From the human T2T-CHM13v2.0 reference genome, Homo sapiens, in contig CP086569.2 in NCBI GenBank assembly GCA_009914755.4, positions 23,776,001 through 23,840,000 of the forward strand: a stretch of 64,000 bases of DNA, in the 5' to 3' direction. Made by a program: the position numbers and the translations under genes. Positions within the stretch are counted from its first letter, which is position 1. Every line of letters starts with the position of its first letter. Below the pieces are notes generated by a model. The model was not told the DNA's origin. It ran no database searches and worked only from the letters and a program-made list of their open reading frames with translations. This document shows, piece by piece, positions 10,078 to 25,000 of this stretch.

Positions 10078-13000
10078 AACTTTTACCCTTTTGACAGCAT
10101 ATGAGACTTCTGGGTTCTTTTCTCCTGGGTCCAATCCTAAGCTGTCCAGTTTAATGTTTGGGAAATTAACTCTTCCAAACTTGGAGGATGCATTGAAGAG
10201 GAATGTCCCAAAACATGGAGATGTGATTACCTATCTCTAAACAGCAAACGGAGGAGAAAAAATGAAAAGTTAGCATTTTTTCAAAGGAGTTCCAAGGGTT
10301 CAGGATGCATTCAAAATGGGTCTAGACTAAAAATGAATGGTTACTTATCTTGAAAGAGATAGAGGAGCAGGAGTCCCTGGCTCCTTTCTCTTCCTAGCAA
10401 TTTCCCAGGGTGTGTTGAGCTATAGGAGAAAGAATATTCTTTTTCCCACTTCAATCCTTGTATCCCCAAGTCCCACTGATTGTAACAGGGTGCCTCCCAT
10501 GGGTGTCGAGGCAGCTTTCACCAATGTTAACAGGGAGGCCTAAGGGGGTGGATATATCTGCTCTTACACATGTGTACCCTTTCTTCCCTGCTGTCAGTAG
10601 CTCTGGAGTTCACTGGACCTCATTTATGGCATGGATAGTAGCATAATCTTTATCCATGAAATCGGGGGCTTGGCTTAATCCCTGGGAATTAGTTATGCTC
10701 ACCAGCATTGTGCTTTTTTACCTCCATTATCACCTGCCTCTGGATTTCTCAAATTTTTTACTTTTTTCTATGGTGTCAAACAGAAGCTTAGAATTGAGGC
10801 TGGGGCAAAAATGTGTCTCAGGGCATTGCATGGACTCTTTATCATGAGCTGAATGCTAAGATGAAGCTGTGGAATTGAGTTCTTCTTCTACAAGGGTGAG
10901 AAAAGAATGACTGTGACATACTGAGGAAACTAGTGGCTATAGTTGTGCTTCATAAAATTTAGGTGGGCACCCTATATATTCCCATCACTCTGCAGAATTT
11001 GCAGGATAATTGTCCAGAATTATAATGTTAATCCAGATTTTCATGTGTACCAATTCATTTTTGTTTATTGTGGGCTGCAGTTGAAGATCATTAGTGGGGT
11101 CACAGAAATAAGCAAGATTGTTCTAAAAAGTAGGCAACAATGCAAAACTTGTGAGTTTAGAATTTAATGACAAATATATAATAAGTTGTGAAACATAAAC
11201 TTTATCCAGTCCTCTTCTATTAAAAAATAAATCATGATAGGACTGAGTTGTTTGTAAAATAAACTTTATTCTGATACTGGGCCTGATTATTTGCATAAAA
11301 TGCAGCAAGAATAATTATTTCTAGATAGGTCTTTTACATTGGCTTTGATGGAACTCTGTTCCACAAGAAATTTCAGATGGGACTTTCTAAAGTCAAGCCC
11401 AGCCACGGGTTTGTACAATCAGATAATTTTTAGTTGGGTGATTCTCTGCTCTTATGGTCCCAAGATAAACTTGGAGCTCCTGGGCCTGTCAGAAAGTGTC
11501 ATTATTTAGTTACCACAGATCAGGAACCCTGCTAAAGGACTGTTTAGATGAGGTATAAAGCCAATTTTTCCACTGGGATTTTCTTGGTTCTGCAAGTTGA
11601 TCTTGACTCCTTAAAGGGAAGCTTATTTTTTAGTCAAGGCCTTGTTCAAACAACCAGTTTCTCCAGTTGTGTTCTGTTGGAAGAGAAATTGGACTGTTAT
11701 TGCACTGATACAAACACCTATATTGCCACAAGTTAAGAACACTCACAACTATTTTTCGAATTCAGGAGAAGTCCTGCCGAGAAAGGCAAACGTGATCCAA
11801 ATTGTGCACACATGAGTACACCTTGCTCACATATTAAAGGCTGTAAGTATCTCAAGATGTTTCCTTGACTCTGGTAAATAATACAAGAATGAGTAATGTC
11901 TCAAACAAAAGTCAGAAGGGCTACTTCAATTTTCTATTAGTCCGGTCCATTCAGTCAACTCTTCTTTTGTTTGATATTCATACATATTTTAGCTCTTTGA
12001 GAGTCCTGTAAGTTTTTCCTGTATTTCAATGTCACAAGCTCCAAAGTTATCGGAAGCCTGCAATTGAGAGCACCTATTAAAGATCTATAGCTGATTAAAA
12101 AGCACTTCATAAAAAAATCAAAAAAGGAATAATTATCTGTGTATTACAAAGTGTGCAAGGTAGTTACAGTCAGAAATATGACAAAAATTTTCGTTATCTA
12201 TATGGTTTGCAATAAATTAACCTAACAACCTTAATTGTGGATGATAGCATATACTTCAGACATTAGAATTTTAGAAATCCCATATAATTTTAGAACATGT
12301 ATTAGTATTAGTCACCAAAATATCACCTAAAAATATTGAACACCATTTGGCAATTCCGTGTAACTAATCATGCCATATAATCCTGTTTATCTCTCTTGTT
12401 GATACTCTATGGGCCCTCTGTAGCATCCAAAAGCTAGAAATAAAGAAAGATAATTTTGTAACTACAGTGTGGTTTTGAGAAGGATGTTACAACTTAGAGG
12501 TTTAAAAATCCTGAAATAAAATTCCAGATTTTCCTAAATTACTTATTTAACAAAAATGATGACTTAGAAATGGAAAAGATATAATTTTTATAAATTATTT
12601 TATAATTCTTTACAAATGTTGGTAAGGAACAGATTAGTGCCTTAAGAGTACCTTGTTGGGCTTTTATTTCAATGTTCAATTTACAAGCATCTCACAGACA
12701 TGGTAATGACTGTCATATGTGGGCCTCACACATAGAAGTATTTTCAACTTCCATAAATTGCTTTTGAAACATGAATGATTAAATCTCTTTCTGGTAATAA
12801 AAAAGTTCAAAGAAGACTATAGCAGCCTCAAGTATTTTATAATGTCCTCAGCTTGTACAGAAATTGTTATGATGGAATGCAGCAGAAAGGCATAATTCTG
12901 AGTCTCATATGCACACTGATCTGACAGTAAGGAATGTCACCATCTTAAATATATGAAGCCAACTGTCACTCATAAAAACAACTAATGTGTGGTATTGTAA

Positions 13001-16000
13001 ATCTTACCCTGGGAGTTTTCCGCCAGTGTGCTTGTGATTTAATATTTTGTGAATCACCCATATGATTTGACTCTCTGGAAGGGTTTCAGCCCACATATGT
13101 TATTGTGGTATCTACCTGGGCCAACCTTGAGGTGATGTGACTCTCCCATCTGGGACCTACTCCCAGTAAAAATCACGAAAAATCACTACCTCCAGCACAC
13201 AGGTCATGTTATATTTTTGCCTAAGCTATGCCCACAGAAATTATTGTGACATATCACTGTGTCAGCCCTGTAGGTGATGCAACTCTCCTCATTAGATTGG
13301 GCTGTGCACAGAGTATGGTATACTCACATATGGCTGCACTAGGGTCACAGATGATGGAACTCCTTTGCTGGGACCTTATCCTAAAAAGGGTATTGTGACA
13401 AATCTCTTGGCCTATCCTCTAGGTGATATAACTTGCTGCTTGAGTCCTGCCACATGGAGCATTGTGACATAAGTGTGAAAACTGTAACTATTTGTTGTAA
13501 CTCTCTCACCCATGTCCTGTCCTAAGGGAGCATTGTGACATATCTCAGGAACCAGCATAAAGGTGAAGTGACTCTTTTGCCTGACTTCTCCTGATATGTT
13601 AGATTGTGTTATAAACCTAGGGAAGCACCTAGGTGATATGACTCTTCTCTTCTGCCTCAGCCCTGCCTACTTGAGACATTGGGTCATATATCTGAGCCTG
13701 TGTTCTAAGTGATGTGTCTGTTTTCTTCTGCCTGAGCCCTTACCGTGGGATGCTGTGACATATTGCTAAGCCCAATACTTAGATTAAATGACTGTTCTTT
13801 TTCCAAATCATGCCAATAAAATAAATTTTGCTGTATTGCAGGGTACAGCACCCAGATGATGTACCTTTTCTGCCTGAGTCCTGCAGAAAGAGATAATTAT
13901 GGCACATTGCTGGGCCCATCACCCTGAAGATATAACTCTCCTGCTTGTACCAGAGCAACTGAAAGTATTTTTATATATCTTGGGCCCATCCTGTAGGTGT
14001 TTTTGCTGTCCTTATTTGTTTGGGCTTGTTTTTCCACATTTGAGATTGTGTCATATTGCTGGGTCCAGCACTCCAGCACCCAGTTAATGTAACCCTCATT
14101 TCTAGACCCTGCCTAGAGAGGGTATTGTGACATATTGCTTGCCACAGCATGTAAGTTGTGCTACTTTTCCACTAAGTTTTTTTTTCTACAAATGAGATTA
14201 TGATACTTACATTGCTTCAACTCAGTGGCATCATGATCAAACATAATTGGCATTCCACCAATAGTAGACTTTTCCCTCTCATAGCTGTGCTTAGGGCAAT
14301 AGTTACAGTTATGAGATGCATATTTGCACAAAGCTCACAGAAATTTACAACACTAACTCATAGTCTATAAACTTGGGTGGTACACAGAGTTTTATAATAG
14401 AGCTCAGCAAAAGATTAAAATTGTGACCCTTGATTACAAATGCAGGTGAGAGAAAAAGTTTTTAGCATCTCATATTTATAAAGCCCACTGTTGAAGTTCT
14501 GACTCTAAGAAGTAAATAAAGTACAACGATGGAATTGTGACTCTCATATGTGGATCTTGCTACAGATGAGATGGTGACTCATTTCTGGACCCAGATTATA
14601 GGCACCATAATGGGTTTTCTGTCTGAACCCAGCCTATAAGAGAACTGTTGATTATCATAACAGGGTTTACATCAATATGTATGTTTTGGGTCAAACGAGC
14701 ATGTAGGCTTCAGAGTGGTTTGTAACACTAAGGTATTTTGCATAAAGCCTTCAGATGTTGTAGAGTGTCTCATAAGATGACTGAGAACACACTTGAGATT
14801 GTGACTCTTACATACATAACAAACTAACAGTTAAATGTGTCACCTAAAGGATAAATTGATAGTGTCATATGACAAAGCCCAGCACCCCGGTGTTGAGAGT
14901 CTTGGCTTAGATTCTTTCCCATGGGTGTATTGTGAAATATTGCTGGGTTAGAATCATAAAAAGGTGACTCTTCTTCACGGATCCAGCCAACAGGGGATAT
15001 TGTAACATATCTCTGGGCCTATCAGCTAGGTGATATGTCTCTCCTCTCACAGTGTTCTCTCACAGGGGACACCGACATTTTGCTGGATATAGTATCTAGG
15101 TAATGTGCTCTCCTCTCCTGCCTGGATCTCACCTACCTAGGAAATTGTGACATACCACTGAGTGCAAAACCTAGGTGGTGTGACTCTCCTCTTTGTGCTG
15201 GAATCTGCTATAAGAGGGAATTATAACATATTGCAGAGCCCAGCACCTAGGGAATGTGACTACCCTCTATTTTTTCAACCCTGTATACAATGGTCAAGAT
15301 GATATATTATTTGAGACTGTACCCAGGAGATATGAGCCTTCTGACTGGATCCTGCCTAAAAAGAAGATATAATGTATTTCTGGCTAAGGACACAGATGAT
15401 GTGACTTTTCTATCTTGTCTATGTCCAAAGATGAAATTCTAACATATACCTGGATTCAGCTGATATGCACAATAATAACTCATGCATGACCCATCCAAGG
15501 GAGATATTGTGAATCTCAGAGCCAGTTTATGGCCATGAGTAAAGTCTCAGATCTCTGTAAAATTAGATGTCTGTAAAAATTCAGACAAATGTATCCTACT
15601 CAGGTGTATCATTTAAGGTCTGTGTGGTACAAAGTGTGTCATAACAGGCACCAGCAACCAGGTGTTACACACATCGAGTTGTCACAGTTGTCATTTTCAC
15701 ACATGAACAGAGCCTATGAATGAGTTAAAAAATCTCACACACATAAGCAGTTGAAGCTGGAATTTGTTACCGTCATATATGAATCTGATCCACAGATGCT
15801 GTGGTGAAATTTACCCACGATTCTCCAGACCAGTGGTGCTTTGACTGTCCTACTGGAACACAACCTTCAATGTGATTGGGGCTGTTACACATGTATCTTG
15901 CCCATTGTTGAGATTATGACTTCTTTACTTCGACCCAACTCATAGGAGGTGTTGACTCTCATACCCGAAGCCAGAAGTTGTGTGGGCCTGTAAAATTTAT

Positions 16001-19000
16001 TTCTGAACATTTTCAAGTGTGTGATTGTGAAGTTTGACTTTGTCCAGCATCTGAGTATTTTGACTCTCCTTTCTAGGCCAAGCCTAGAAATTGTGACATA
16101 CATGCACCAGCACCTAAGCAATGTATAACAACTTTTTGTCAATGCAACTAGGGGCCCTTTTACATGTTACTGGTACCAGCAACCAGCTGGTGTGAAATGT
16201 TGGCCTAAACCCTGCCTACAAAGAGCATTATGGATTTTATCCAGATCCATCATGTAAATAATGTGAGTTCCTTCTACTGCCTTGGCCCTGCAATTATGCT
16301 GTATTGTGACACACTGCATTCAGGTGATGTGAGAGTTTTTGAGGGGAGTTCTGCCAATAGAAAGCTATGTAACAAATCACTTGGCTCAGCCCCTAGGTGC
16401 TGTTTCTCCTCTCTTGCCTTGACCCTGACCACCAGAGAGACTTTGACATATTGCTTAGCCCAGCACCAAGGTGAGTTCACTCTCCTGTCTTGATCCTGCA
16501 CACAATGGCCATTGTGACATATATCAAGGCCAATTGCCCATGTGCAGTTTGTCTCCTCTCTTGCCTAAGCCTTGCCAACAGAGAGGATTTAGATATGTCA
16601 CTGAAGCCAGCATCCAGGTGATTGACTCTTCTCCAAGAGTCCCACCCACAAGGAGAATTGTGAAATTTCACTGGACGTGCACACACTTAAATGATGTGAC
16701 TTTCCTTACTTTCTTCTCCTTCCCCACAAGTGGTAATGTGCCATATACTTGAGAACAAATAAAAGGTCTAATAATGACTCTTGTACCAGGAACCAGGTCA
16801 CGTGCAGGATTGTGACTCTCAACACTGAACCTTTTCACAGGTGTTATTCTGACGTTTATTTTTGCCCAGCTCTTGAGTCACTTAATAATCCTGCCTATTT
16901 AGAGTCCAGATGTGACATTTTTACATACAATTGGGCCAAAACCTTGGGGATTTGACTTTTGTCTTAACAGTGTTCTCCGAAGGGATCATAACATATCTCT
17001 GGACCTATGATCTAGGTTATGCGACTTTCCTCTCCTGACTGCACGCTGATTAAAGCAAAGAGTGTGGCATTTCTAAGCACGCATCCAAATGATATGACCC
17101 TTTTTCCTGGGCCATTACAACAGAAGGCATTATGATATATCTCTGCACCCATCATCTAGGTGATATGACTCTCCTCTCCTGCCCGGACACTCTTCACAAG
17201 TAACATTACAGCATAGAGCTTGGCATAACACCTAAGTTCTGTTACTTCTCCGTTAGGGCCTTGCATACAAAGAGAATATTGGAATATTTCTGGCTTAGGA
17301 TTTAGGTGATGTAGTGTCCTGCCTATTTAGTAACCACAGAGGGCATGGTGACATATACCTAGGCACAGCTAACAGGCATGATAATGACTCTCATATGTGG
17401 ACACAGCCAATAGGAGAAATTTTGACTCTTACAACTAGGTTTAGAGACATGAGTGACATGAAGCATCTCCTACTGTTAACAATGTCACAGAAGATTACAA
17501 CACTCACACCTTCTTATAACACCTGTAAGTAGTATAGAGAGTGTCATAGCAGGGCCTAGGATAAAGAGGAAATCGTGAGTCTCGTTTGGACACCCAGCTG
17601 ACTGGAAGGATTTTCACAATCACAGATGTATAAAAGCTACTGTTCTACATGAAAACAAGACACATGTGGCATTATAAGTCTAATCCCTAGAAATTTATTT
17701 TATCATGACTGTGATCTAAAACTCTTCCATGCGCTTTTTTGATTTCACTCTTTGGACTGGTTCCAGCCTACACATGGAATTTTGATATCTACCTGGGCCA
17801 ACATTGAAGTCTTGTGATTCTTCTGCCTGGCCTGCTCTCAGGAAGAATTGTGACATCATTGGATCCAGTACTTAGGTGACGTTACATTCATGCTTGCCCC
17901 ATGCCCACACACATCCTTGTGACATATTATGTTGTCCATCACTGAGGTGATATAACTTTCCTCTCTGAAACGGGCCCTGCACACAGGGCAGGAGAGTGAC
18001 ATATTCATAAGCCAGGCACACAGGTAATGATACTTTTCTTTGCCAGGGCCATGCACAAAAGATAAGATTATGACATGTTACAGGGCCTATTGTATAGGTG
18101 ATATGGCTCTCCTGCTTGAAAACTGCCCACTGGAATAGTGACATATTGCTAGACCAGGTGACAAAGGTGATTGTACTCTTTTGCCAAGACCATGGTTTCA
18201 GGAAGGTTATGTGACATATATCTGGGCCTATCACCTAGGTGATGTGAATTCCTTCATAGGCTGCCCACATGGAGCATTGTAACATAAGGGTGGAACCTGT
18301 TCCTAGGTGATGTAACTCTCTTGCCTAGGTCCTTTTCTAAGGGGGATTTGTGAATATCTCAGGACCCAGGACCAGGTGATGTGATTCTTCAGCCTGGCTT
18401 CTTCCCACATACTAAATTGTGACCTATACCTAAAGAAGCACCTAGGTGATACGACTCACTTTTTTTGCCTGAGCCCTGCCTACAAATGACTTTGGGTCAT
18501 ATCATTGAGCCCATGACCTAAGTAATTTGACTCACTTCTTCTGTCTGTAGTTTTACAGTGGGAGAATTGTGATGTATTGAGAAGCCCCGTACTTAGGTTG
18601 TGTGACTCTCATGTTCTTGCTAAAGAGTGCCCATGAACAGGGCTTTTGCTGTATATCAGGACCCAACACCCAGATAATATTACTCTTCTGCCTAGCTCAT
18701 GGATAAAGAGGGAATTGTGGCATATTGCTTGGCCCAGGACCCTAAGAATATGACTCTTCTGTCCATGCCAGGGCCACAGAAGGTATTTTGACATGTCTTT
18801 TGCTCATTCTGTAGGTACTTTGGCACTAACCAGTTTGCTGGGTTTCTTCCACGTATTTTTGTGTCACATTGTGGGTTCCAGCCCCCGGTTAATGTGACCC
18901 CATTTCTTAGGCTCTGCCTAGGGAGGGCACTATGATATATTGCTTGGCACAACACCTAAATGGTGTTAACCTTCTGCCTAGTTTTTTGCCCACAAATGGG

Positions 19001-22000
19001 ATTATGACATACACTTTGCTTCAGCTCCAAGGCATGATGATCAAGCTTATTGTGGGATTAAGCCAATAGGGGACATTTTACCTTTTACCCCTAGGTTTAG
19101 GTCAATAGTTAAGGACCTTCATTTCATATTTGTTCAAAGATCACAGAATTTTACAACATTAACTCATATCCTACATTCACAAAGCTTATTGCTGAAGTCC
19201 TGAATTGATCAAGTCAATAGAACCGAAAGTTTGAATTGTGACTCTCATAAGTGAATCTGACTACAGGTGAAATGGTGGATCATTTCTACACCCATCTCAC
19301 AGGCCTAATAATGGTCTCAACCCTGATGCCAGCCTGTAGGAGACATGTTGCCTGACATACCTCAGTTTAGGGCAATATGTAAGATTATGAGTCCATATAA
19401 ACATGTAGCCCACAGAAAGTTTTGCAACACTCATGCCTGTTGCGTAAAGTTTTCAGATGTTGTAGAGAGTATCATACAATGGCAAGCACACTTGGGAGAT
19501 TGTGACTGTCATATACACAACTAGATAACAGTTTATGATGTCATGCTTAAAGATGAGGAGATTATGCCACATCCCTTGGCTTAGTATACCGGTATTGAGA
19601 CTTTTTGGTTTAAATTCTTTTCCATGAGGTCATTGTTACATATCACTGGATCAGAACCATGACAATGTGACTCTTCTATCTTGGCCCTGCAAAGAGCAGA
19701 TATTTTCACATATCTCTGCATCTATTGGCTAAGTGACATTTCCCTCCTGCCAGTGCCCTGCCCACAGGGGACACTGTGACATATTGCTACATATAGCATC
19801 TAGGTAATGTGACCCTCCTCTCCTGGATGGATCCTGTTGACTGAAGAAATTGTGACATACCACTGAGCACAAAGTCTAGGTGACATGGCTCTCTTCTTTG
19901 TTGTGTACTCTGCCAAAAGAGGGAATTATTACATATTATTGAGCCCAGCATGCTCGTGGTCTAATTCTTTTTTTTTTTTTTTTCTTTGAAGATGTCTACA
20001 TTGGGCATGGTGACATATTACTTGAGGCTATACCCAGGTGATGTGGCTCTTCTTCCTGGTTTCTGCCCACATGTTAGATTGTGACATATAACTAGAGAAG
20101 AATATAAGTGATATAACTCTTCTTTTCTACCTGAGCCCTGCATACAGGGGCACCGGGATGTTTCTCTGAGCCCATGACCTAAGTGAAGTGACTCTCTTCT
20201 CCTGCCTGGTCTTTACAATGAGAGGATGGTGACATTGGTGACATATGGCTGAGCCCAGCACTCGGGTTATTAGACAAACAAAGATTTTGACCTATTGCAG
20301 GGCCAAGCATGCAGATAACATTACTCTTTTGCCTGGGTCCTGCACATATGAGGGATTATGGCATATTTCTGGGCCCAGCACCCTAATAATGTGACTCTCA
20401 TGGCTGACCCAAAGCCACAGAAGGTATTGTGATATATCCTGGGCCCATTCTGTTGGAATTTTGGCTTTCATTTCTAGGTTGTCTTTTTCCACATATGGGA
20501 TTTTGTCATATTGCAGTTCCAACACCCAGTTAATGTTACTCTAATCCCTATACCCTTCTTAGAGAGGACATTGTGACATGATGCTTGTCACAGCACCCAA
20601 GTGATGTTACCTTCCTGACTCACTTTTTGACCACAAATGGGACTATGTCCTACACCTTACTTCAGTTCACAGGCATGATGGTCAAACTCATGCTGGGATT
20701 CAGCCAGTAGGATACATTTTGCCATTCATTACTAGGCTTAGGGAAATAGATGAGGTCCTGGGTTTCATATTTGCATCAAACTCAAAAACTTTACACTAAC
20801 TCATAATGTATACATTTCTTGGGTTGTAAAGAGAGTTTTATGAAAGAGATCATCAAAAGTTTAGATTAGGACTCTCCGTTAGACACCCAGGTGAAAGCAA
20901 ATGTCGTCACCATCCCACATGTACAAAGCCCACTATTAAGTTCCTAAGTCTAAAAGTGAATAGAGAACAAAATTGGAGTTGTGATCTTCATATGTTGATC
21001 TGGCCTCAAATGGGAGGGTGACTCACTTCTGGATCCAGCTTACAGGCAAAATAAGGGGTCTCATCCCTGAACCTAGCCTACAGAAGATATGTTGACTATC
21101 GTATCTGGGTTTATGGCAGTATATAAGATAATGAATCCATACAAGCATGTTGGCCTCAGAGTGGTTTGCAACTCTCACGAATGCTGTATAAAGCCTTTGA
21201 AAGTTGTAGAGTGTGATACAATGATCCAGGAAACACATGAGATTGTGTTTCTCATATTCACACCCAGCTCACAGTGAATCATGTCACTCTGAAAGACAAG
21301 GAGTTCTGGCATATTACGAAGCCTGTTACCAAGATGTTGAGACTTTTTGGCTTAAATTCCTTCCCATGGATTCACTGTGACATATCACTGGGTTAGAATC
21401 ATAATAATGTGACTCTTCTGCCTTGACGCTGCCAAGAGGGAATATTATCACATATCTCTGGGTCTATAAGCTAGGTGATTTGTCTCTTCTTTTTGTGCCC
21501 TGTCCCCAGGGGACATTGTGAAATATCGGTTTACATAATATTTAGAAAATGTGACTATCCTCTCCTGCCTGGGCCCTGCTCACCATAGAAGTTGTGACAT
21601 ACCGCTGATTGCAAAATCTAGGAGATGTAGCTCTCCTTCATATTCTAGACTCTTCCAAAAGAAGGATTATTACATATTGCCGAGCTCAGCATCTAGGTGG
21701 TGGAACACTCCTCTTTTTCTTCTTTCCTGTCTTTAGTGGGCTTGGTGACATACTGTTTGAGGCTGTACCCAGGTGATGTGACTCTTCTGACTAGGCCCAG
21801 CCAAAAAATGAGTATATACTGTATCACTGGCTCAGCACTCAGGTGATGTGATGTTACCCTTCTGATTAGCCCCAGACTACAAACAAGATTATACTATATA
21901 ACTGGCTCAGCACCCAACTGATGTGACTCTCCTGGCATTTTTTCTGCTCACAGATCCAGCTGTGACATGTACCTTGTTTAAGCACACATGCACAATAATA

Positions 22001-25000
22001 ATTCTCATACCTGGACCCATCCAGTAGAGATAACTGACTCTCACAGCCAGTCTCACAGCCATTGGTAAAGTCCTGGGCTTTTCACTTGTATAAATTTCAC
22101 GAAGGATTATAACACTCAGGTATATCACATAAAGCCTTAATGATACAAAGAGTGTAATAACAGAAAGCAGCAATGAGGTGAGAACACTTGTATGTACACC
22201 TAGCTGACACGATTGACATTCTCCCACATGAACAGGGCCTAGGAATGAGGTAATAAATCATGCACATAAAAAGCAGTCAAAGATTGAAATAATTACTCTT
22301 ATACATGGATCTGATTCACAGGTGGTTTGGTAACATACGAACCATGATTCAACACACCTGTAGTGCTGACTCCCCTACTGGAAAACCATCTTCAAGTGAG
22401 ATTGGGGCTCTTATACATGAATCTTGCTCGTTGCTGAGATTGTGACTCCTCTGCTTCAACCCAACTCACAGAAAAATTGAATCACTTACACAAAAGAAAT
22501 ACTTGTGTGGGATGTGGAACTTATTTCCAAATCTTTCTGAGAATATAAAAGGGAGAGGTAACTTTGCCTAGCACATGAATCGTCTGACTCTCTTTTCTAA
22601 TCCCAGACTAGATTTTGCCATATGTGAAACAAGCACCTAAGAAACATATAATAGTTTCCAGAACTCCCACTGCAAAGGTCACTTTTATATATCACTGGGA
22701 CAATCACCTAAGTGATGTAAATTATCTGCTGAAAACTGCCTACAAGAATTGTGTCTTAAATCTAGGTACATCACATAAGTGTAGTGAGTCCCTTCTACTG
22801 TCTTGGCCCTGCACTTACACTGAAATGTGACACATAACTGGGTGCTGCACCCATGTGACATGATTCTCCTTTTTGAGCTCTGCTAACAGGAAGCATTGGA
22901 ACATATCACTTGGCTCAGCACCTAGGTGATGTTTCTTCATATTTTCTCTGGGCCCTGACCATGGGGAAATTGTGACATATTGCTGCACCCAGCACTAAGT
23001 TGTGGTCACTCTACAGCCTTGGTCTTGCACATGAGGGTCATTGTGACATATATCTGCACCAGTTGCCTAGGCTAAGTGGTTCTCCTCTCTTGCCAAAGTT
23101 CTGCCCACATAGTGAGTTTTGATATGTCACTGCAAGCAGCATGCAGGTGATGTGGCTTTTCTGCCAGGGTCCTGCCCGCAAAGTGTATTGTGACATTTTA
23201 CTGGACCCGCACACACATAGCTGATGTGACTTTCTTGGCTACTCTCTGGCCACAGGTTACATTCTTGTCTGCAGCATGCCCACAAAAATTATTGTGACAT
23301 ATTTCTGTGTCCACCTCATAGGTGATGTAACTTTCCTCTCTGGAATGGGCCCTGCTCAAAGAAAAGGTAGTGACATGATTCAAGACTGAGAACACAGGTG
23401 AGGCTACTCTTTTGCCAAAGCCATGCCCAAAGGAGAGGATTCTGATGTATCTCTGGTTATGTGGCTCTCCTGCTTGGGTATTGCCAACCTGGAGCGTGAC
23501 ATGTTTCTAGGCCAGGCACACAGGTGATGGTACTCTTTTGCCAGGGCCATGCCTCATAGAGGACTTTGTGACATATCTCTGGCCCTATCACCTAGGTGTA
23601 GTCCATTCCTCCTTAGGCACTACCCACATGGAGCATTGTGGCATAGGCAGAGAACCTGCATGTAGGTGACGTAACTCCATTGTCTGGCAGCTGTTCTAAG
23701 AGAGCCTTGTGAAATATCTCAGCATGCAGAACCCAAGCTATGTGGCTCTCCTGTCTGTTTTCTGCCCACATGTAACATTGTGATATATTCCTCAGGAAGC
23801 ACCTAGGTGATATGAATCTCCTTGACTGCCTGAGCCCTGCCTACTGGGGTCATTGGGATATATCTCTGAGCCCATGACCAAAGTCATATGGCTCTCTTGT
23901 ACCAGGGCCTTTAAAATGGTGGGATTGTGACATGTTTCTGAGCCCAACATTTACATCATGTGACTCTACTCTTTTTTCTGAACCGTGACCGCAAAGAAAT
24001 TTTGACCTATTGCACTCAGATGATGTTATTTTTCTGCCAGAGTCCTGAATAAAGATAAAATTATTGCAGATGGTCAGCTGAGCACCCTGATGATGGTACT
24101 GTCCTATCTGTGCCAGAGCCACAGAGAGTATTTTTGACATGTCTTCGGCTTTTTCTGTAGGAGTTTTGGCTCTTATCCCTTGGCTAATATTTTTCACATG
24201 TGGAATTCTGTAATATTGCTGGGCGCAGCACCCAGTTAATGTAACACTCCTTCCTAGGTTCTGCCTAGAGAGGGCATTGTGACATGTCGATTGCCATATC
24301 GCCTATGTGATGTTACTCTTTTTCCTAATTTTTTGCCCACAAATGGTATTATGACATATACCTTGCTACAGCTTACAGGTATGATGGTCTCTTATATTAG
24401 GATTCAGGCAATAGAAGATATTTTGCCTCTCATCGCTAGGCTTAGGGCAACATGTAAAATTCTGGGTTGGAAATTTCTTCAAAGCTCACAGAAGTTTACA
24501 ACACAAATTTGTCTTGTATAAACTACTTGGGTGATACAGGGTTTCATAACAAGGCCCAGCAAAGAGTTAAGATTGTGACTGTCAATTACACACCTAGGTG
24601 AAAGTAAAAGTCGTCACTATCCCACATTTACAAAGCCCACCGTTGATGTACTGAGTCTAACAAGTGAAAAGAATATAAAGATAAAATTGTGGCTCTCATA
24701 TATGGATCTGGCCACATGTGCGATTGTGACTCATTTTTGACCAAGCTCACAGACATTCCTGACATCAGCCTAAATAAGAGATGTTGGCTATCATACCTGT
24801 GCTTAAGGCAATATATAAGACTGTGATTTCATATAAGCATGTGGGCCTCAGAGTAGTTTGCAACTCTCACGCATGCTATATAAAGCCCTCAGACATTACA
24901 GAGGGTGTCATAGCATGGCCCAGCACACACGTGACATTGTGACTCATATACACACCAAGCTAACAGTTAAAGGTGTCACTCTCAAAGATGAGGAGATTGT

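Noticed and set aside
9868-10240. ORFs 9887..10240 (+) and 9868..10134 (-), encoding KERKKERKK... and FLSFFLSF... peptides
   Set aside because: They are direct translations of the (GAAA)n microsatellite in two phases and strands.
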